Shown here: positions 41,201 through 55,100 of the stretch, piece by piece
How positions within the stretch are numbered: position 1 is the stretch's first letter
How the letters are laid out: every line of letters starts with the position of its first letter
From: Balanoglossus misakiensis
Lineage: Eukaryota > Animalia > Hemichordata
Assembly (NCBI GenBank): GCA_040954595.2
Contig: CM082582.2
Coordinates: forward strand, 12,855,777-12,919,776
DNA: 64,000 nt
Reading direction: 5' to 3'
Position numbers and translations under genes: made by a program
Notes under the pieces: generated by a model
What the model saw: the letters and a program-made list of their open reading frames with translations, nothing else
What the model was told of the DNA's origin: nothing
Databases searched by the model: none

Positions 41201-44200
41201 TCAGAGAGAATTAAGACAAAAGCAATCAAGAGTCTGAGAAAGGTCACCAACACATAAAAACATTTAACTTCATGACCCAATAGTCCTAAACATATTTAGA
41301 CATATTTGCTGAATTAATGTATATGCTTGGATTTCATGATTGATGGTTACTACCAACTGCATTAAGAGCTCAGCTTTTCATGATGTCATTGGCAATTAAG
41401 CTGTGGTACTGACATGACAATAAAAGCCTGAACTGACCTTGGCATTCATACAATGTGGTACTGACCTTGACATGGGCGAAATGTGGTGTGATACTTCTGA
41501 GAATACTGCCTTCAATTCTGGATGAGATCAGATCAGGAGGTCCATACATGGCCACATAACCATAACACAACATAACAGTGCTTTTAATTCTGTCAACGTC
41601 TGCTTCTGACTTGTCCTGCAAAACATTTTAATACCAAAAGTTACTGAAACTGCAGAATACTACTAACAGTAACTCATCCATGGAGACCATACTGTATATA
41701 CACAGAGTTAGACAAGACAATTCAACCAAAACTGACCTTTGTGATAAAACCCAGCAGTCCAGTTCCTCTCCTCACCATCTCATCTTTGCTGACGGCCTCG
41801 AGTTTGTGAATAGCTGCGTCAAGATGTGATGAAGCACAGTATCCAAAGGCCACAGCACATCCCTAGAAAATACACACATACAAATCATATTCCTGATCGA
41901 ATCGGAGCAGCAGTCAGGTTGAAACACTGATAGTCGCTATAATAGTAAGTGAGAGGCAAAAAGTTTACAACTCACTACAGTAGGAGTTTGGAGAGATAAT
42001 GGAAGGTGTTTTCAAAGACATCAAAGACTGCACTAACCTCATGAACTTTGAACAACGACAACCTCACACTTACCTCTCTTTCAAACTGACTAGTGTGTTT
42101 GACAGTTGAAAACAGTAACTTCAGCATTTTCTGTACAAATTCCTTCTTAGCAGATTTTCTCATGATTACACCCAAGCTCTTGTACAGAAAATTCTAGAAC
42201 CAAACGGGGAAAATGGAGTTAGGTAATGAACTGGTTCAGGTTTTTTTTCATACTGTGAGGTATGGCTACAACAGATGCAGTCAGTCATTCTGTCATATCT
42301 GGTACACTCTAAACTTATTTATTTTCACAAATTTCACCAGACTCTGCAAAGGACAAAATGAGGTCTATGGATACCTTCTCATCTGAATGACTTCTATAGA
42401 GATCTATCTGATCACTGAATGCTTCTCCCAATTCAATAATCCAATTTTCATCATCCACTTCATCCAGAGTTTTAGCGAGTAGCTACAAAGAGAAGACTCA
42501 CACAGTTAGAAATGGCTAAGAATCAAGATGGACCCAAAAAGTGTATAATTTGAAAAGCTTTTCTTGATGTTTACCTTAAGTAGCAGGTCTTCCCAGGATT
42601 TCTGTGACCATTTCTCAGAGTCATCCATATTCTCTGCAAATAAGTAGAAACAAATGACATAATCCGCCATCTCTGATCTCCAAATATGGAATTTGCTCAT
42701 GTTCCAATTTATTGTCTATTTTCCCCTTATTCATTTTCTACACCTACAAAGAAAGATATATATCCAGGTAGGATTATATCAAGGCTTGTAGCTGTTTCTC
42801 TTTTAAAAAATGCTGTTACCTTCTAAGTACTGTATAAGTTTGGGTGTGACCGAATCCCACAATTCCACCAGATTTTCATGCAAATTTGGTGAGATGGACT
42901 GCATTGCTTTGAGAACGTTTATTCCTCTTTTGCGACCATTCCTTGGCCTTCCTGCCATCACCTTCAGGTAGTAAAATTCAAAACAAACAAAAAATATTTT
43001 GATTAGAAAACGAGTACATAATGCTCTTGGTTGGATGAGGGGGTGGTTGTCTCTGACCCTAGAATAGATTCAAAACAAGTATAATTCACAAACTCAGATG
43101 CCCAAACACAGGCCTTCATCTGTGACTTGTTTTTTCCAGCAACACTTTCAACCGTTTTTGATGGCATGGTTTGCATTTATTTACTGAAATGAGGAGGATG
43201 ACAGCATCAACTCACCATCAATCTAGCAATGGTGAGACATGGTTTTGGTAAATTTGGCATCTCATCATAGTTCAACTGATAATCCTCATCTTCTGCTTCT
43301 CGTTTCTTGGCTGCCAGATATGCGATGCTCTGACATAAGGCACTCATAGCTTCAGCATACTGTGCTGGGACTATGCACTCCAATAAATATGGCCACAGCA
43401 CCTGCGAAGATGACATCAGGAAATATTACAATGACACAACTGTTGTCGTGGAAACTTTCAAACCTAATCTTTTTAAAACTAGAAACATTTCTATACAGAA
43501 GTTACAGCTCTGCTTTCCCATAAGCCTTTGGTTCACAAAACTTGCACCGTACCTCAGACTGGGGACATTAACCTCAAACATGACTTACATTCTCCATTAT
43601 TCCAACAGTGGTGGTGACAAGTTGTAAGATGTTATTACACATGGACCTCAAAGCTTCGTTGCTCACAAACTCTGGATCTCCTGAGCGCTTTTGCTGAAAT
43701 AAAAAGAAAAATCAAGTTGTGTCAAGTAGCAAATTCCTGAAATTTCATGCACAATACTTAGAAGGAAACATACGAAAGAACTCATCCAAACCATCTGACA
43801 GTAAACTCCAAACTCTAAAATATAACAGTCACTTTGCCCTACCCTATTTACCTGTGGATCATCTGGCAATGAACATTGTCTGACAATAAATTCCACCATC
43901 AGTTCACCTCCTTCTAATTCCAGGTAGCTGTGATTGGCCATAGCTATGACAACCTGTGCAAACATCTTCTTTGTCTGTTGAAACACACAAAAAATATGTC
44001 AGCATTTTATTCTAAAATGACAAAACACAAAACATCATACTTTCTATGTTGGTTCCATGAATGCCTTTACCATACCTTGTTGTTCATCTCTGGTAATAAA
44101 ATCTTCAGTCCTGTCACAATCAGTTCCTTCTTACCCTCCATCAAATTATCTATAAAGCAAAGAATATATCACAATCATTGTTCTAATATAAGTGACTCTG

Positions 44201-47200
44201 AGTCTAATTCAAGCTTTGTATGAAACTAGAAAAATTTAAATTGTCTGTCAAACAGTAACTCGGCACGTACACCAACAAACTGACACACACACACAGAGTC
44301 ATGGGATCTGACTCACCTTGTGAATTGATCAGGTGTTTGAGAATGGAGAGAGTTCCAATTCTAACTTTATCATTGGCAATCTCTAGTTTCAGTAGCAGGT
44401 AATTGATGACTTTGTCGCTGAATGATTCTGAGAGGACAGCAAAGCACCGTAGCAACTCGTTGTGATTTTTCACTGTCATGGGATTGCTGTAGTCTGGTGT
44501 GATGCAAACCTGTGGTTTACGAAATGATGAACAAGAATCAGAATGAATCTATAAACATGGCTGAAGCTGTCAAGACAAATTACAGTCGTCTGGTGTGACC
44601 AGGGAAAATGTTCATCTTGAAATGTACTCCTGACCTCACCTGTGGATGAAGAGCATTGAGTAAAATCTCTAGATGTGGTTCCAATATGGTGCTTTTATCC
44701 GCCACTGCTGCCGTCAGAACATTACATAAACCCTACAGAATAATAAGAAACACAAATATTTGATTAATTTCAATTTTTCCACGCCTTTCTCAAAATGCTT
44801 GGACACAGCATAGAATGAGAGAGAAATTCCTTGTAAACTTTACCTCTGTAATATGGAAAGGTTCTGTGTGTCTTCTGTACAAAGCCAGTATGCCAGGTAC
44901 CAGTTTAGGAAGTTGTTCATCCAGTTTCTCACTCGTCATCAAATTTGTCATCTGACCAACTGCATCCACGATAGCCAATCTCAACTACAATTGAAGAAAA
45001 CAATTTCAGTCATGAAAACAGAATTTGATTTGTTGCATATCTACTGTAGAACATACTGCCTGCCATCAGGTTTCTGAAATGTGAAGTTAAAAGTCATACA
45101 ATGTCTATTTGTAATCATGATTTGAAAGAGAAATCATGGATGACCAACACTGATAACATACAATCAGTATGTGATGGGGAACAGTTTTAAAAGCTGAGAT
45201 ATAATTGGTGGATATTGACCCCTCACCTTTGGTTCACTTGATTTCAACCATACATTGAAGAGAATGTCATATGCTGAGAATATCTCTGCCGAATATGTGT
45301 CCTTCTTCACCGATTTATCAGGAGCTTTGTCAATGTTTGCCACATAGTCAAGTACTGCCTCGGAAAATTTACCCAGGGCTAGCAGAAAAAGTGAAATCAT
45401 GACAATATTAGTCAATTTTGTATCAAAAGGTCAAGTACAACTTTGAGCTGCTGAAGAAAACCAAAAACTGAATTGTGTCAAAATGTCATTTCTTTTCATA
45501 GTTTATAAGTATATGTGCACTTACCAGATGAAAAGACCCATCTCATGTTGTCATGTTTGGCCATACCAAGCATTGGGAGCATGGTACCTAGAATTGCTTT
45601 CAGAAAAGGCACCATTCCAAATTCTGAACAGGAAAATATCGAACATATAAAAATGTTATTAACTGTTTCAGGCCTAAGTTCCTGGTAATGTATACCGAAA
45701 TTTCATTGAAATGTATGTGTATACTTTAAGTGGTTATGAAAATGCTGTATGATCATAAACAAGTCTGAAAACAAAGTCTTACCATTTGCTGAGGCCAGAT
45801 TAGCCATTGTCTGTATAACAAAGAAATGTGGTAGTGTTCCAGGCTGAAACTTTGTGTTGATTTCACCCATGACATCATTGCAATATTTGCATCCTAATGC
45901 AACCAACAGATTACTAGCTGCTGTCTGCCAATCAGGAACAACATCCTGAAAAGAAATAATGGTAAACAGGTACATGTCACTACAGGATTGGCTCTTTCAC
46001 ACCTTTCCACTTTAATATTCTCAATGGGGTCAGACATGACACCTGGTTTTGAAGAAAATTCAGGTATAATGTCTGAGCATGGAGGTCAGAGGTAGAAGAG
46101 GCTTATCGTTCAACCAACAAGTTTGACCGCATGTTTACATGATTGTACTATGTTCTTATGAGGATCCCTATGGATGATCAGAAGTGTACATGTACCATTG
46201 TTGCCAGAGGTGCACATTGCAATTACTGCCACTCTTCAGTAAGTCACGCATTCATAATTTGATGAACGATGAAGTCTTTACCTTAGTTGTGGTCATTTCA
46301 TCAGCAGCCAACTTGATCAAATCCACAGCCAATGGCGCTTTGATGCTGTCAATACTTTCTCTCACTATTCTTTCCATGGCGTTCAGAATTACAACACGGT
46401 GACCCTGTTGTAGCTGTAATGAAGCAAACAAAATGTTTGTTTTAATTTGGAAAACTTTGACTGAATACAGACTCCTTTGATATCATTATTTTTCAGTTAC
46501 ACAGCAGTTATGATTACGGAGACTTGACTTACCTTGCTGTGTTTCTTCAGATAGTACTGAGCAGTACTCAACACCAATTCTGGTTGTTTTCGACCAATAT
46601 CAAATAGTGAGTTAGTCACAATGCTTCTAACTTGACTATTCTTGTCATAGGCTGCATCAATCAATGCCATCGATATGCCTAGAATTACAGAAAAAATATT
46701 TATAATAAAAACAAAACAAGACACATACTTTTAATTCATGATCAGAAGAGAAAAGACATTGGAAATGGCCATACTGAAAGTGAGAAATCCAGCATACATG
46801 TATGTTGGGAAATCAAGTTTATAAATTGCAAATTATGAAAGAAACTGTCTATAGAGAAGTGAGAACAGGAACTATCAGTAGTATGTCATATGATAAATTA
46901 AGGTCAAACTGGTGTCTGGCTAAGAACGCATACATTTGCCTGGTACTAGTAAAATGCAGTTCCTGTGTAACTAGTATATGTTATTTGATACAGGTAGAAG
47001 TGAGTAGAGCACCTCATTGTATGCGAGTCACTTCCCCTCTTAGAGCTGTATTTACCGTTCAGCTGTGATTTTTGAAATGTGATACAAACAGTTCTAGGTC
47101 ATGCCCGCTGGTCATGACTCAGTTTCTAAGGGACTTTCTAGGATTTATCCAATATTGCTTAAAACTGTGTCTTTTGGGTTACTATAGGGATGAGGAGACC

Positions 47201-48715
47201 CTCTGGCTAAAGTGTACCTGCTTCTAAATGAAACATGTTAACCATTTATTGATTTATTGGACTAGGAAAGTAGTGTTCAACCAGCAATCTTTACCAAAAT
47301 ACTAAAATAAATAAATATTCAGCAATCATCCAAGTCAAATGCAGAATGCATACCACAATATCTGCCTTAATAAGAGAGGGTGATTTTCTTGTACTTTTCA
47401 ACATACGGATAATAGATTTGTTTTGTCACCTGAGGTCAGAGGTCATCAATTTATAGGTGTGTGTACGCGCAGACAATGGCATCCTTGTCAAGCTTATAGG
47501 TATCTGACCTTGACTTATTTAAAAACAGTTGTCCACCCGTCTTCTGTGATCTGAACCAAAACACCTGAAAAAGTGGCCTATTTTATATACCTGTCAATTT
47601 TCAGAAAGCAAGAATAAGTTGGCAAAGATAGTTCGGATAAAATAAAATTTACGTAAGCCACTTATAGTGATTTATAGTTTTGCCACAGCAAGTAATCCAT
47701 CTGGTCTACATACATGTAACGTCTGACCTGGTTTTTCGAGTTTTGCGATCCCAATCAGAAGTCAATTGTCTTGCCAAAATAATATTTACCATCAGCATAT
47801 TTCTTGGACGAGGACAGTGATTCTTGTCCAAGGCTTGGCGGTGCAAGACTTTCATGTCCACTGTCACAATCACTATCATAAATGCCTTTGTAAATGCTTT
47901 CTGGGTCGTTATCCACGTCCATTGCGGCCCCTATGTCAAAATCACTTTCAAGACTCTCTGTATCTACATTGTTGTTGTCTGAGTCTTCCATACTCTTTAC
48001 ATACGTGTAGCATCAACTTAGGTAATTATTGGTTGCGACTCCATTACATTGGACCAGACTGTCACATAAATTATCTGTATGGAGCTGGTGTACAGCAGTC
48101 TTTTAAAAGCGTGTTTCCAAGTCTTGCCTGAGCACTTTTATCAACAGTAGACTATCTGTCCTTTTTTGTAATCAACATTCCAAAGTTTTCCCCACCCACC
48201 ATGGGGGTACAGGTACATATTAGACAAATTTTATTGGGCATTTCCCCTTCGAAATCTCTTTGTGCAAAGTTTGGAACCTTCAGGCTACACTTTAAAAGTT
48301 AAAACGACATGCGTGATATAAATAGGTTTATAAAGAACATCTGCATGCAAGGCAGGCCAATCACGTGCTAGCTTAAGGTCATGACCTCATAAGGTCGACT
48401 GGGACGTAAAACTGGATAAACAAATGAACATCGAATCCCAGGCTACAGAGGGGCGGGGTGTCTGGGCGCACATACAGTGTAGTCGACAGCACGTCGAGCG
48501 CGAAAAATGCAAAATAAACATCACCTCTTTAAAAGGAAAGGGTGACACAAATAAAAAATAAATTTTTAGCAATAAGAATTACAAGTTCAGAGTCTGAGAG
48601 GGGAGTTTCCGCTTAATTAATGACACTGACATGACTGACTCGTGACTCAGGCGACAGAACTTGTCTTACCATCGATTTGGCCCCCTGTCGCGATAATATT
48701 TTCGTCTCCAGGCAT
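35231..48715 (-). CDS. MROH1: Maestro heat-like repeat-containing protein family member 1 (MROH1/HEATR7A), about 35 exons
   Basis: MPGDENIIATGGQID|GISMALIDAAYDK, DVVPDWQTAASNLLVALG, KFQPGTLPHFFVIQT, KNHNELLRCF, VLWPYLLE, STVMLCYGYVA, LRIRPCFEK, FFKSSWPDIRGNAAMVAGFL and terminal VRIKAAEAMSLLYDY*. Confidence 0.93.
38408..38508. mobile_element. Short non-autonomous DNA element with TAG-type TIRs and a perfect 9-bp TSD (AcademH-like)
   Basis: TAGTCTAGAATCCA...TGGATTCTAGACAA is flanked on both sides by GGCTGAATG (38399-38407, 38509-38517). Confidence 0.65.
39931..40024. mobile_element. Degenerate TTAA-flanked piggyBac-like MITE
   Basis: The right end GGTGAAAGGG-TTAA and the left end TTAA-atgCTTTCACC are partly complementary. 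Confidence 0.35.
40344..40580 (-). other. U12-type GT-AG intron in MROH1
   Basis: Minus-strand 5' splice site GTATCCTTTC; branch-like TTCCTTAGC (40365-40357) about 12 nt from the AG. Splicing gives in-frame ARLV-KLDPDLTE. Confidence 0.85.
47790..47991 (-). CDS. Candidate alternative first coding exon of MROH1 (acidic, contains DSGHES)
   Basis: The ATG-initiated frame MEDSDNNNVD...KKYAD ends in a phase-1 donor G|GTAAAT. This is the same phase as the distal first exon (48670-48715) and fits the acceptor at 46678. Confidence 0.55.
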
Positions 48716-49162
48716 GATCATCTACCGGTGGTTACAAAATATATTTTGGAATACAAGAGACGGGTACTTATTTCGCAAAGTCAATTCCAAAAGATGTAGG
48801 GCAGGTTCGTGTCAGGTGACGATCCCATTACCCATGTAGGCAGCCATGTTGATTGTAAATGCACCCTGGGAAATGGCCAACAGTTCCATTTCTTAGTTTC
48901 TCTGTCATGAAACTTTTTAGTTTATTCTCGTAACACAGATACTTTCAATGCCACAAGAAGTAACATTTTTGAAATTCTACTGTATTTCTTTCCGTCAACT
49001 TTTTGGCAGTTGTAAATTTTTGCCAGAATGATAACTTTTCCCCCTTTATATATTGAATAGCCCGAAACATAACATTTGGTTTTGCCTGACGAAGGGCAAA
49101 CGATTGAAACTCACGCCCTCTACGAAATTTACATTGATTTGCATTTGCAAAACAGCATTAAC
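48716..49162. promoter_or_regulatory. Bidirectional promoter region MROH1 / GPATCH1
   Basis: The two start codons diverge about 450 bp apart. A YY1-like CAACATGGCTGCC lies on the minus strand at 48839-48851. Confidence 0.65.
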
Positions 49163-52100
49163 ATGGACGATTCTGACGACGATGTTGCGCCTTACGGCAC
49201 GCCGCTGAAGCCGCTAGAGGAAGGTCAGTAATACGTAATTGTTGTTTGAACTATTCTTGAACTGTTGGAGGTCTCATTTCATTGTCAGACCACGGAGCTA
49301 CTATGATAACTCCTTGGTCAACTTACTAGTAAGTTGTGAAACCAAACATAAATGTATGGAGGCTACTGTATATATAGCCAGGTGCTGTGTAAGAGGTTCA
49401 TAGCATTGCTGCATTGTAATACATGATGATGTTGTTGGTGGTTTTAAAAGTTCATGTATTGCAGTAAGGCCGAGAATCCGGCTGTGGCTGCACTGCTTTT
49501 GAAGTCTGCCATACTCTACACTGTGTACAGACACATGTGCAAATAAAAATTATGATTTGTGGTCCCATTCATGTTAGGGTAGTAGCTTGACTAACACAAA
49601 CCACACAGCACACTGAAATGAATAACTTAATGAAAGAGAAGGAATACATTTGGTGGGGTGTACTGGTAATCCACAACATGAACACATACCTAACAGGTTG
49701 AGGCAGAAACGTATTAATAGAAATTGTCACACCAAGTCACAAGTGACCATTGAGCATCACACACTACATGACGTGATCCAACTTTAATTTTTAGATGCAC
49801 CCAGGAAAAAGCCAATTGGTATTGAAGATCAGACAGTTCTTGACAATCAAGGAAGGAGACGTTTCCATGGTGCTTTTTCGGGCGGATTTTCAGCCGGATA
49901 CTACAATACCGTTGGAAGCAAAGAAGGTAAATATTGACACCAATGAATATAAAAGTGCGTCAGTGACAGTATTTCGAAACCAAGGACCTTGTATATTGAA
50001 ACACATAGTGATGTACTCTGTCCTTTTATTTGTAGGATGGACACCATCTACATTTGTATCATCTCGGGACAAGAGACCAGGACATGGACAACAGAGACCA
50101 GAGCAATACATGGATGATGAGGTGAGGCACATTTACATCAACTTCAATGACACAAAAGGTGACAACTTTGTGGATTTGACCGATCCTCATCAGCTTCTTC
50201 TCATTGCATTTCAGGACTTGGGAGAGTTTGGTATTGCTCCAAGGAAGATCACAGCAACTGATGACTTCAGTGTTGGTGAGAGCAGACAGAAGAAAATTAC
50301 AAGTGAAATCATTCCAGGATTGGAAGCTCTGCATGAATTGATAGTGCCTGCAAAGTAAGTCATATCCCACCTCATCTATAACACTTTGACTGCAGTGACT
50401 CAAATTTATTAACGAGCTCGTCTGTGATATTACAGATTCTTACTAGATGCCAAGAAACTTGATTATCCCTGAAAATTAATTAGTTGAGATTGTCAAGATT
50501 AGAGATAAACTCCAGTGTTTATGTTCTTACACTGTTGTAGGATACCAATGGGTGTGATTCTCTTACGGAAGATGGGATGGAAAGAAGAACAGGGAGTCGG
50601 TCCTAAAGTGAAGAGGAAGTCAAAGAAGGGTAAAGGTAAGTTCTCTAAGTTACAGCTACTTGTAGAACTGTTGTAACCATTCTGTTGTACAGATCTTGTT
50701 TTTTTCTCCCGTGTATTTGATCAGTTTTCTCTACACCCAATTCAGACAAGAAGATGTATGGCTGTGCCCTGCCTCCAGAGGGAGATAGCAGTTCCTCTGA
50801 TGAAGACATCTATGCTGTTGGTCTTTTCTTTGCCCCAAAGGATGTAGAAAGCTTTCTGTTCAAACCTAAAGATGATACTCATGGTATCGGATACCGTGGC
50901 ATTGATCCAAGGACAGCCATTCTCAGAGGTAACATCCAGGAAGAGACTTCCTTTGATCCAACCGGAAAGATTCACAGGAAGGGTATATCTGGCAAGGTGA
51001 GATTAGCAAGAACAATTTACTATGATGTATCTGTTAGCACTTGTTTCAGTCTGTTTTCTATTATACCTATCATGGATCCATTAAAATAGTGAGTGATCTC
51101 GTTGGCTTCAAAACCAAGTCAGCAAAGATGGTACATTCTGTACCAACATCATCAACTACATATACATTGTATAGATTGAACAGCCTGTTCCATACTACCG
51201 TTAAAGTCATTTTATAAGACGCACCTTTTTTGAGTGACAGTGTGTGCCGAAAAGGGGGTGCGACTTATAATACCAATGTTCTGTTGTATTCATTTCCTTA
51301 AAATCTCCTCCCAAACAAGTCTTTCAAAGAAGGGGTGCGACTTATAATACCGCTGCGACTTATAAAATGACTTTAACGGTAATCCCCATCACTGTGATAT
51401 TCTGTTTCCAGGCATTTGGTGTTGGTGCCTTCGAAGACGATGATGATGATATCTATGCACAAGACAGCATGGCTAATTATGACATCGAGATAGGAGGAAA
51501 AGATCCAACGAAGAATTATGGATGGACAGCTCCTCGACACAAGAAAGGTATAAAAAAGAAGTTTGATAATTATTAAAATCTGCTGGACATACATGTAAAT
51601 CGTATAGGTGATAAACCACAAAGACCAGTTTGATGATTGCTCTATTATTTCAGATTCTGCTCAGAGTGATACAAGATATCAAGGAAAAGTGATTGATGGG
51701 TTTCATCAGAGTGAGAAATCTAGACAAGCTAATAAGGTATGTGTATAATTAATTGGAGGGGATGGAGGGAAGGGGAGAGAAAGAAAGGGGGAGGGAGAGA
51801 GAAAGAGACAGACACAGAGACAAAGAAAAGAATAGGGGAGATAGTGAGGGGAGAAGGAGATGAGAGAGAGGGAGAGAAAGAGAGAGAGAGATGAGAAAGA
51901 GAGGAGAGACAGATACAGGGTGGGGAGATAGAGAGGGGGAGACAGAGCAAGAGACAGAAAGAGGAGGAGAGGAGAGACAGAGAGAGGGTGGGAGAGGAGA
52001 GAGAGAGAACAAGAGACAGAGAGATAATAACCATGTGTGATGTCTTTGATAGATTTACACAGCTCCAGCATTGCCAGCCAATTTCAAACCATTTCACAAG

Positions 52101-55100
52101 TTCGACTCTGATCAGCAGCCACCAGTTCATAGTAGCCTGTCATCAAGCAGATTTTCACTCAGTGCTGCTCAGAGAGGGGCTATCCTGGGAGAAGAACAGT
52201 TACCAGGTGAGTGTAGGATTATATGCAAGTAAGTAAAGAGTGTACTCTCTTTCTACTGAGCTAATAGAGTTTGATTGAAAACTTCAGTAACAATAAACAC
52301 AGTTACCACACACATTCCATCAAAGTAGACAATAAATAAAATTCCCTATTTATTTGATTGCTGAATACTTTTCATGTTACAGTGAAAGGTGCAAAGAAAA
52401 TCATTACAGGTTCGTTGTCAAGTTTAGTGAAAGCATTTTAACTGAATGAAGCCATCTTCCATGGATCTACATTTATCTTGAAAGTCAATTCTGTTTTATG
52501 TACAACTGTGTTATAAATATTCCAGGTCCATCATCGGTGTTTGATGTGATGTCTGCAAAAGACCAGGAGAAAGTTCGAAGTGCTGCAGAGAAGTTGAAAT
52601 CTGGCCCAGTCACATCTCAACCAGAATCATCTCAGTCTACGCCAAGCACTACAACTGTAGTTCCTCCAGCAAATAAACCACTGTTTACAGGGGCAATAGG
52701 CACCTTCAAACCATTTGCCAAGGATCCTGCAAAACAAAAACGATATGAAGAATATTTGGAGATGAAGAAATCAGGCAGGAAAGGTAATCTTCCATCCACA
52801 GTTGACTATATATATTTTGACTGGTGTGCCATGTAGTACCACTGTCAAAATAAGACATACATGAAGGAAGAAAGTGAAACATCACTTGATGCAATGTTTT
52901 CTGTTCAGGTAGTGACATGGTGCCTTCAGGATCGATGACAGAATGGGAACGTGAACATGAAAAGGAAGAGTTTGCCAGAGCTGCTACCCTCTATCAGCCT
53001 CTGAGTAACATGATGGCTGCTAGATTTACAAGTGCCAAGTATAGTGATGACACCGACATGGTAGAAGTGTCAGAACAATTTGAAGTAAGTGATAGACTGA
53101 TAAAATATACAGGATTTTAGCCTTTTTGAAACATTATTTTAGCTTTGTCTACACATTTCGATGAGCTTTTATTTAGGGCAAGTTTCAAATTAAAAAAGTG
53201 TGTATCATTATGTTTGTTGTCAGGGTGACAAGAACGACCAAGTGAAGGCAGCTGACATGAAGATGTACGGGAAATTGACAAGAGATGTTCTGGAATGGCA
53301 TCCGGACAGATTACTGTGTAAGAGATTCAATGTGCCTGATCCATACCCTCAGTAAGTTGATGTTTTACAATTTTCTCTGCATTCTACTCTTAGAGTAGAC
53401 TGGAAAACCTGTCGTACTAGGACACTACCCATGCTCAAGAAACGCCCTCAAACAACAGATTTTCCAGTCTACTTTTAGGGTACCCATGTCACATACGTAG
53501 TGAAGTACAAAAGCTTTATGGAGAAAGGATTTGCTGAAGCACTACTTGAGTGGCAGAACTCAAAAGTGTGCAAGTGCAAAGGGAGCCCTCTTGTGACAAA
53601 CATACATGAAAAAAGAAAACTCCTTCAAACCAATCCTTAATCAACAATGTCAAGGCAATGACATGAAAACAGATTCATTGAAGTAGTTACCACAATTGAA
53701 AGGCTGTTGATGATGTACATGATAAATGAACACAAAGCCCTTGGATTGACCACAAAAAAGGTTCACTGAATGTAGATTCAATCAACTTTATCACAATCAA
53801 CTTTAAATGGCCGTTTCTATACGGGACCATGTGTGATGTACCATGACATTTAGGGTATGCTGAACCTTGAACATCAGGTGTACATGTATGCTCTATAGGT
53901 CAAGGATCAATGTACAAACACAAAAAACACGGTGTGTCGTTTGATCAGTCAAGTGCAGAGTACAAATACAAAGTTAGCCACTGTACCATGGAGAGTAAAG
54001 TTCACAGATTGTCACTTGCATGACTTGGGTGACCATGCATGTGGGGGAATAGGTACACCACTAGTGATTTACGGTGATGGGGGCCCGCATCTTAAATTGA
54101 AAGAAATTCCTTCCATTCAGTAAATGAATATAGATGCATGTTCACATTCAGAGGTATTTTCTGTCACGTTGGTCAAAAAGTCTATTTTCCATTCCTGAAG
54201 TCATGTATCCAGTGCTGAACTATTTCAGTCGGGCAATATGCCTTTTGTCAAAAAGATCCACCCCAGCCTTTATAATATGGTTGATTTGTTATGCTTAATT
54301 GTGGTTCTTTTATGCCAACCATTATCCACTATTAACCCTTTGCTTTCTGACCACCTTTAGGTCATATCCAACATTGAGGATGCAATCCTTGCATAGATAA
54401 GTGTACTCATAAACCTAAATTCTGGGATGTAATAACTCTCCAAACCTTGTAAAAAATCCCCCATAACCCAATTCCTCAGTCACCTTAAAACACAACAAGC
54501 TCAATCATGCTTGAATGAAAGTACATTGTATACCTGAGCCAAGTTTAGGAAATTCAGTGAGATACGTGTTCAAGACACAAAATAGGCAGTGTTTTCTAAT
54601 AGGATTAAAAGCTCAAAATGCCGGCTACAACCAATACCTGTACCTAAAATCCATCACAAAGGGTTATTTAATGTACCTGAGCAAGTACTTGTGAAAACAC
54701 TTTGTTTAGAAAATACTCCAAAGATGTTAACAGCATTGCAGTTTTGTTGACTTTGGTGCAGCGTCTTTGGAATTCTAACCGCGGAGTTATTGTGCTTTAA
54801 ATCCGGACAGTGGGTGACTTGGGGTGAGATCAGGCGATCTTTTGTGTATGCTGCCACTGTTCTACACAGAAGATTAATGGTTGTGTTTTGTCAGTGGAGA
54901 GGACTTTCTCTATGCTTGCAAAGCTTCGTGTCACGACCAGGCATGTGGTTTCCATGATTGATACTCTGATGTACGACGTACTCTTTGTGACAAGAGCAGA
55001 GAAACTCGTTTGGAATGACATTCTTGAAGGCCTTGGCTAGTTTGCAAGATGCAGGGTCATCTGATGTATTCTAAAGAATGGTGGTGGGAACTATTCAACT

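Noticed and set aside
51706-52236. Several Leu/Ser-rich ORFs in the track
   Set aside because: They are translations of the GA/TC low-complexity tract.
54332-54667. TTAA-CCCTTTG ... CAAAGGG-TTAT possible piggyBac-like MITE
   Set aside because: The TIR is only 7 bp and the TSD is imperfect, which is too weak to call.
54885-55040. Plus-strand [13 protein letters not shown] (and MPSERSF near 59686) resembling a hAT transposase dimerisation motif
   Set aside because: The matches are very short, with no upstream transposase frame or TIRs. Chance cannot be excluded without an HMM search.
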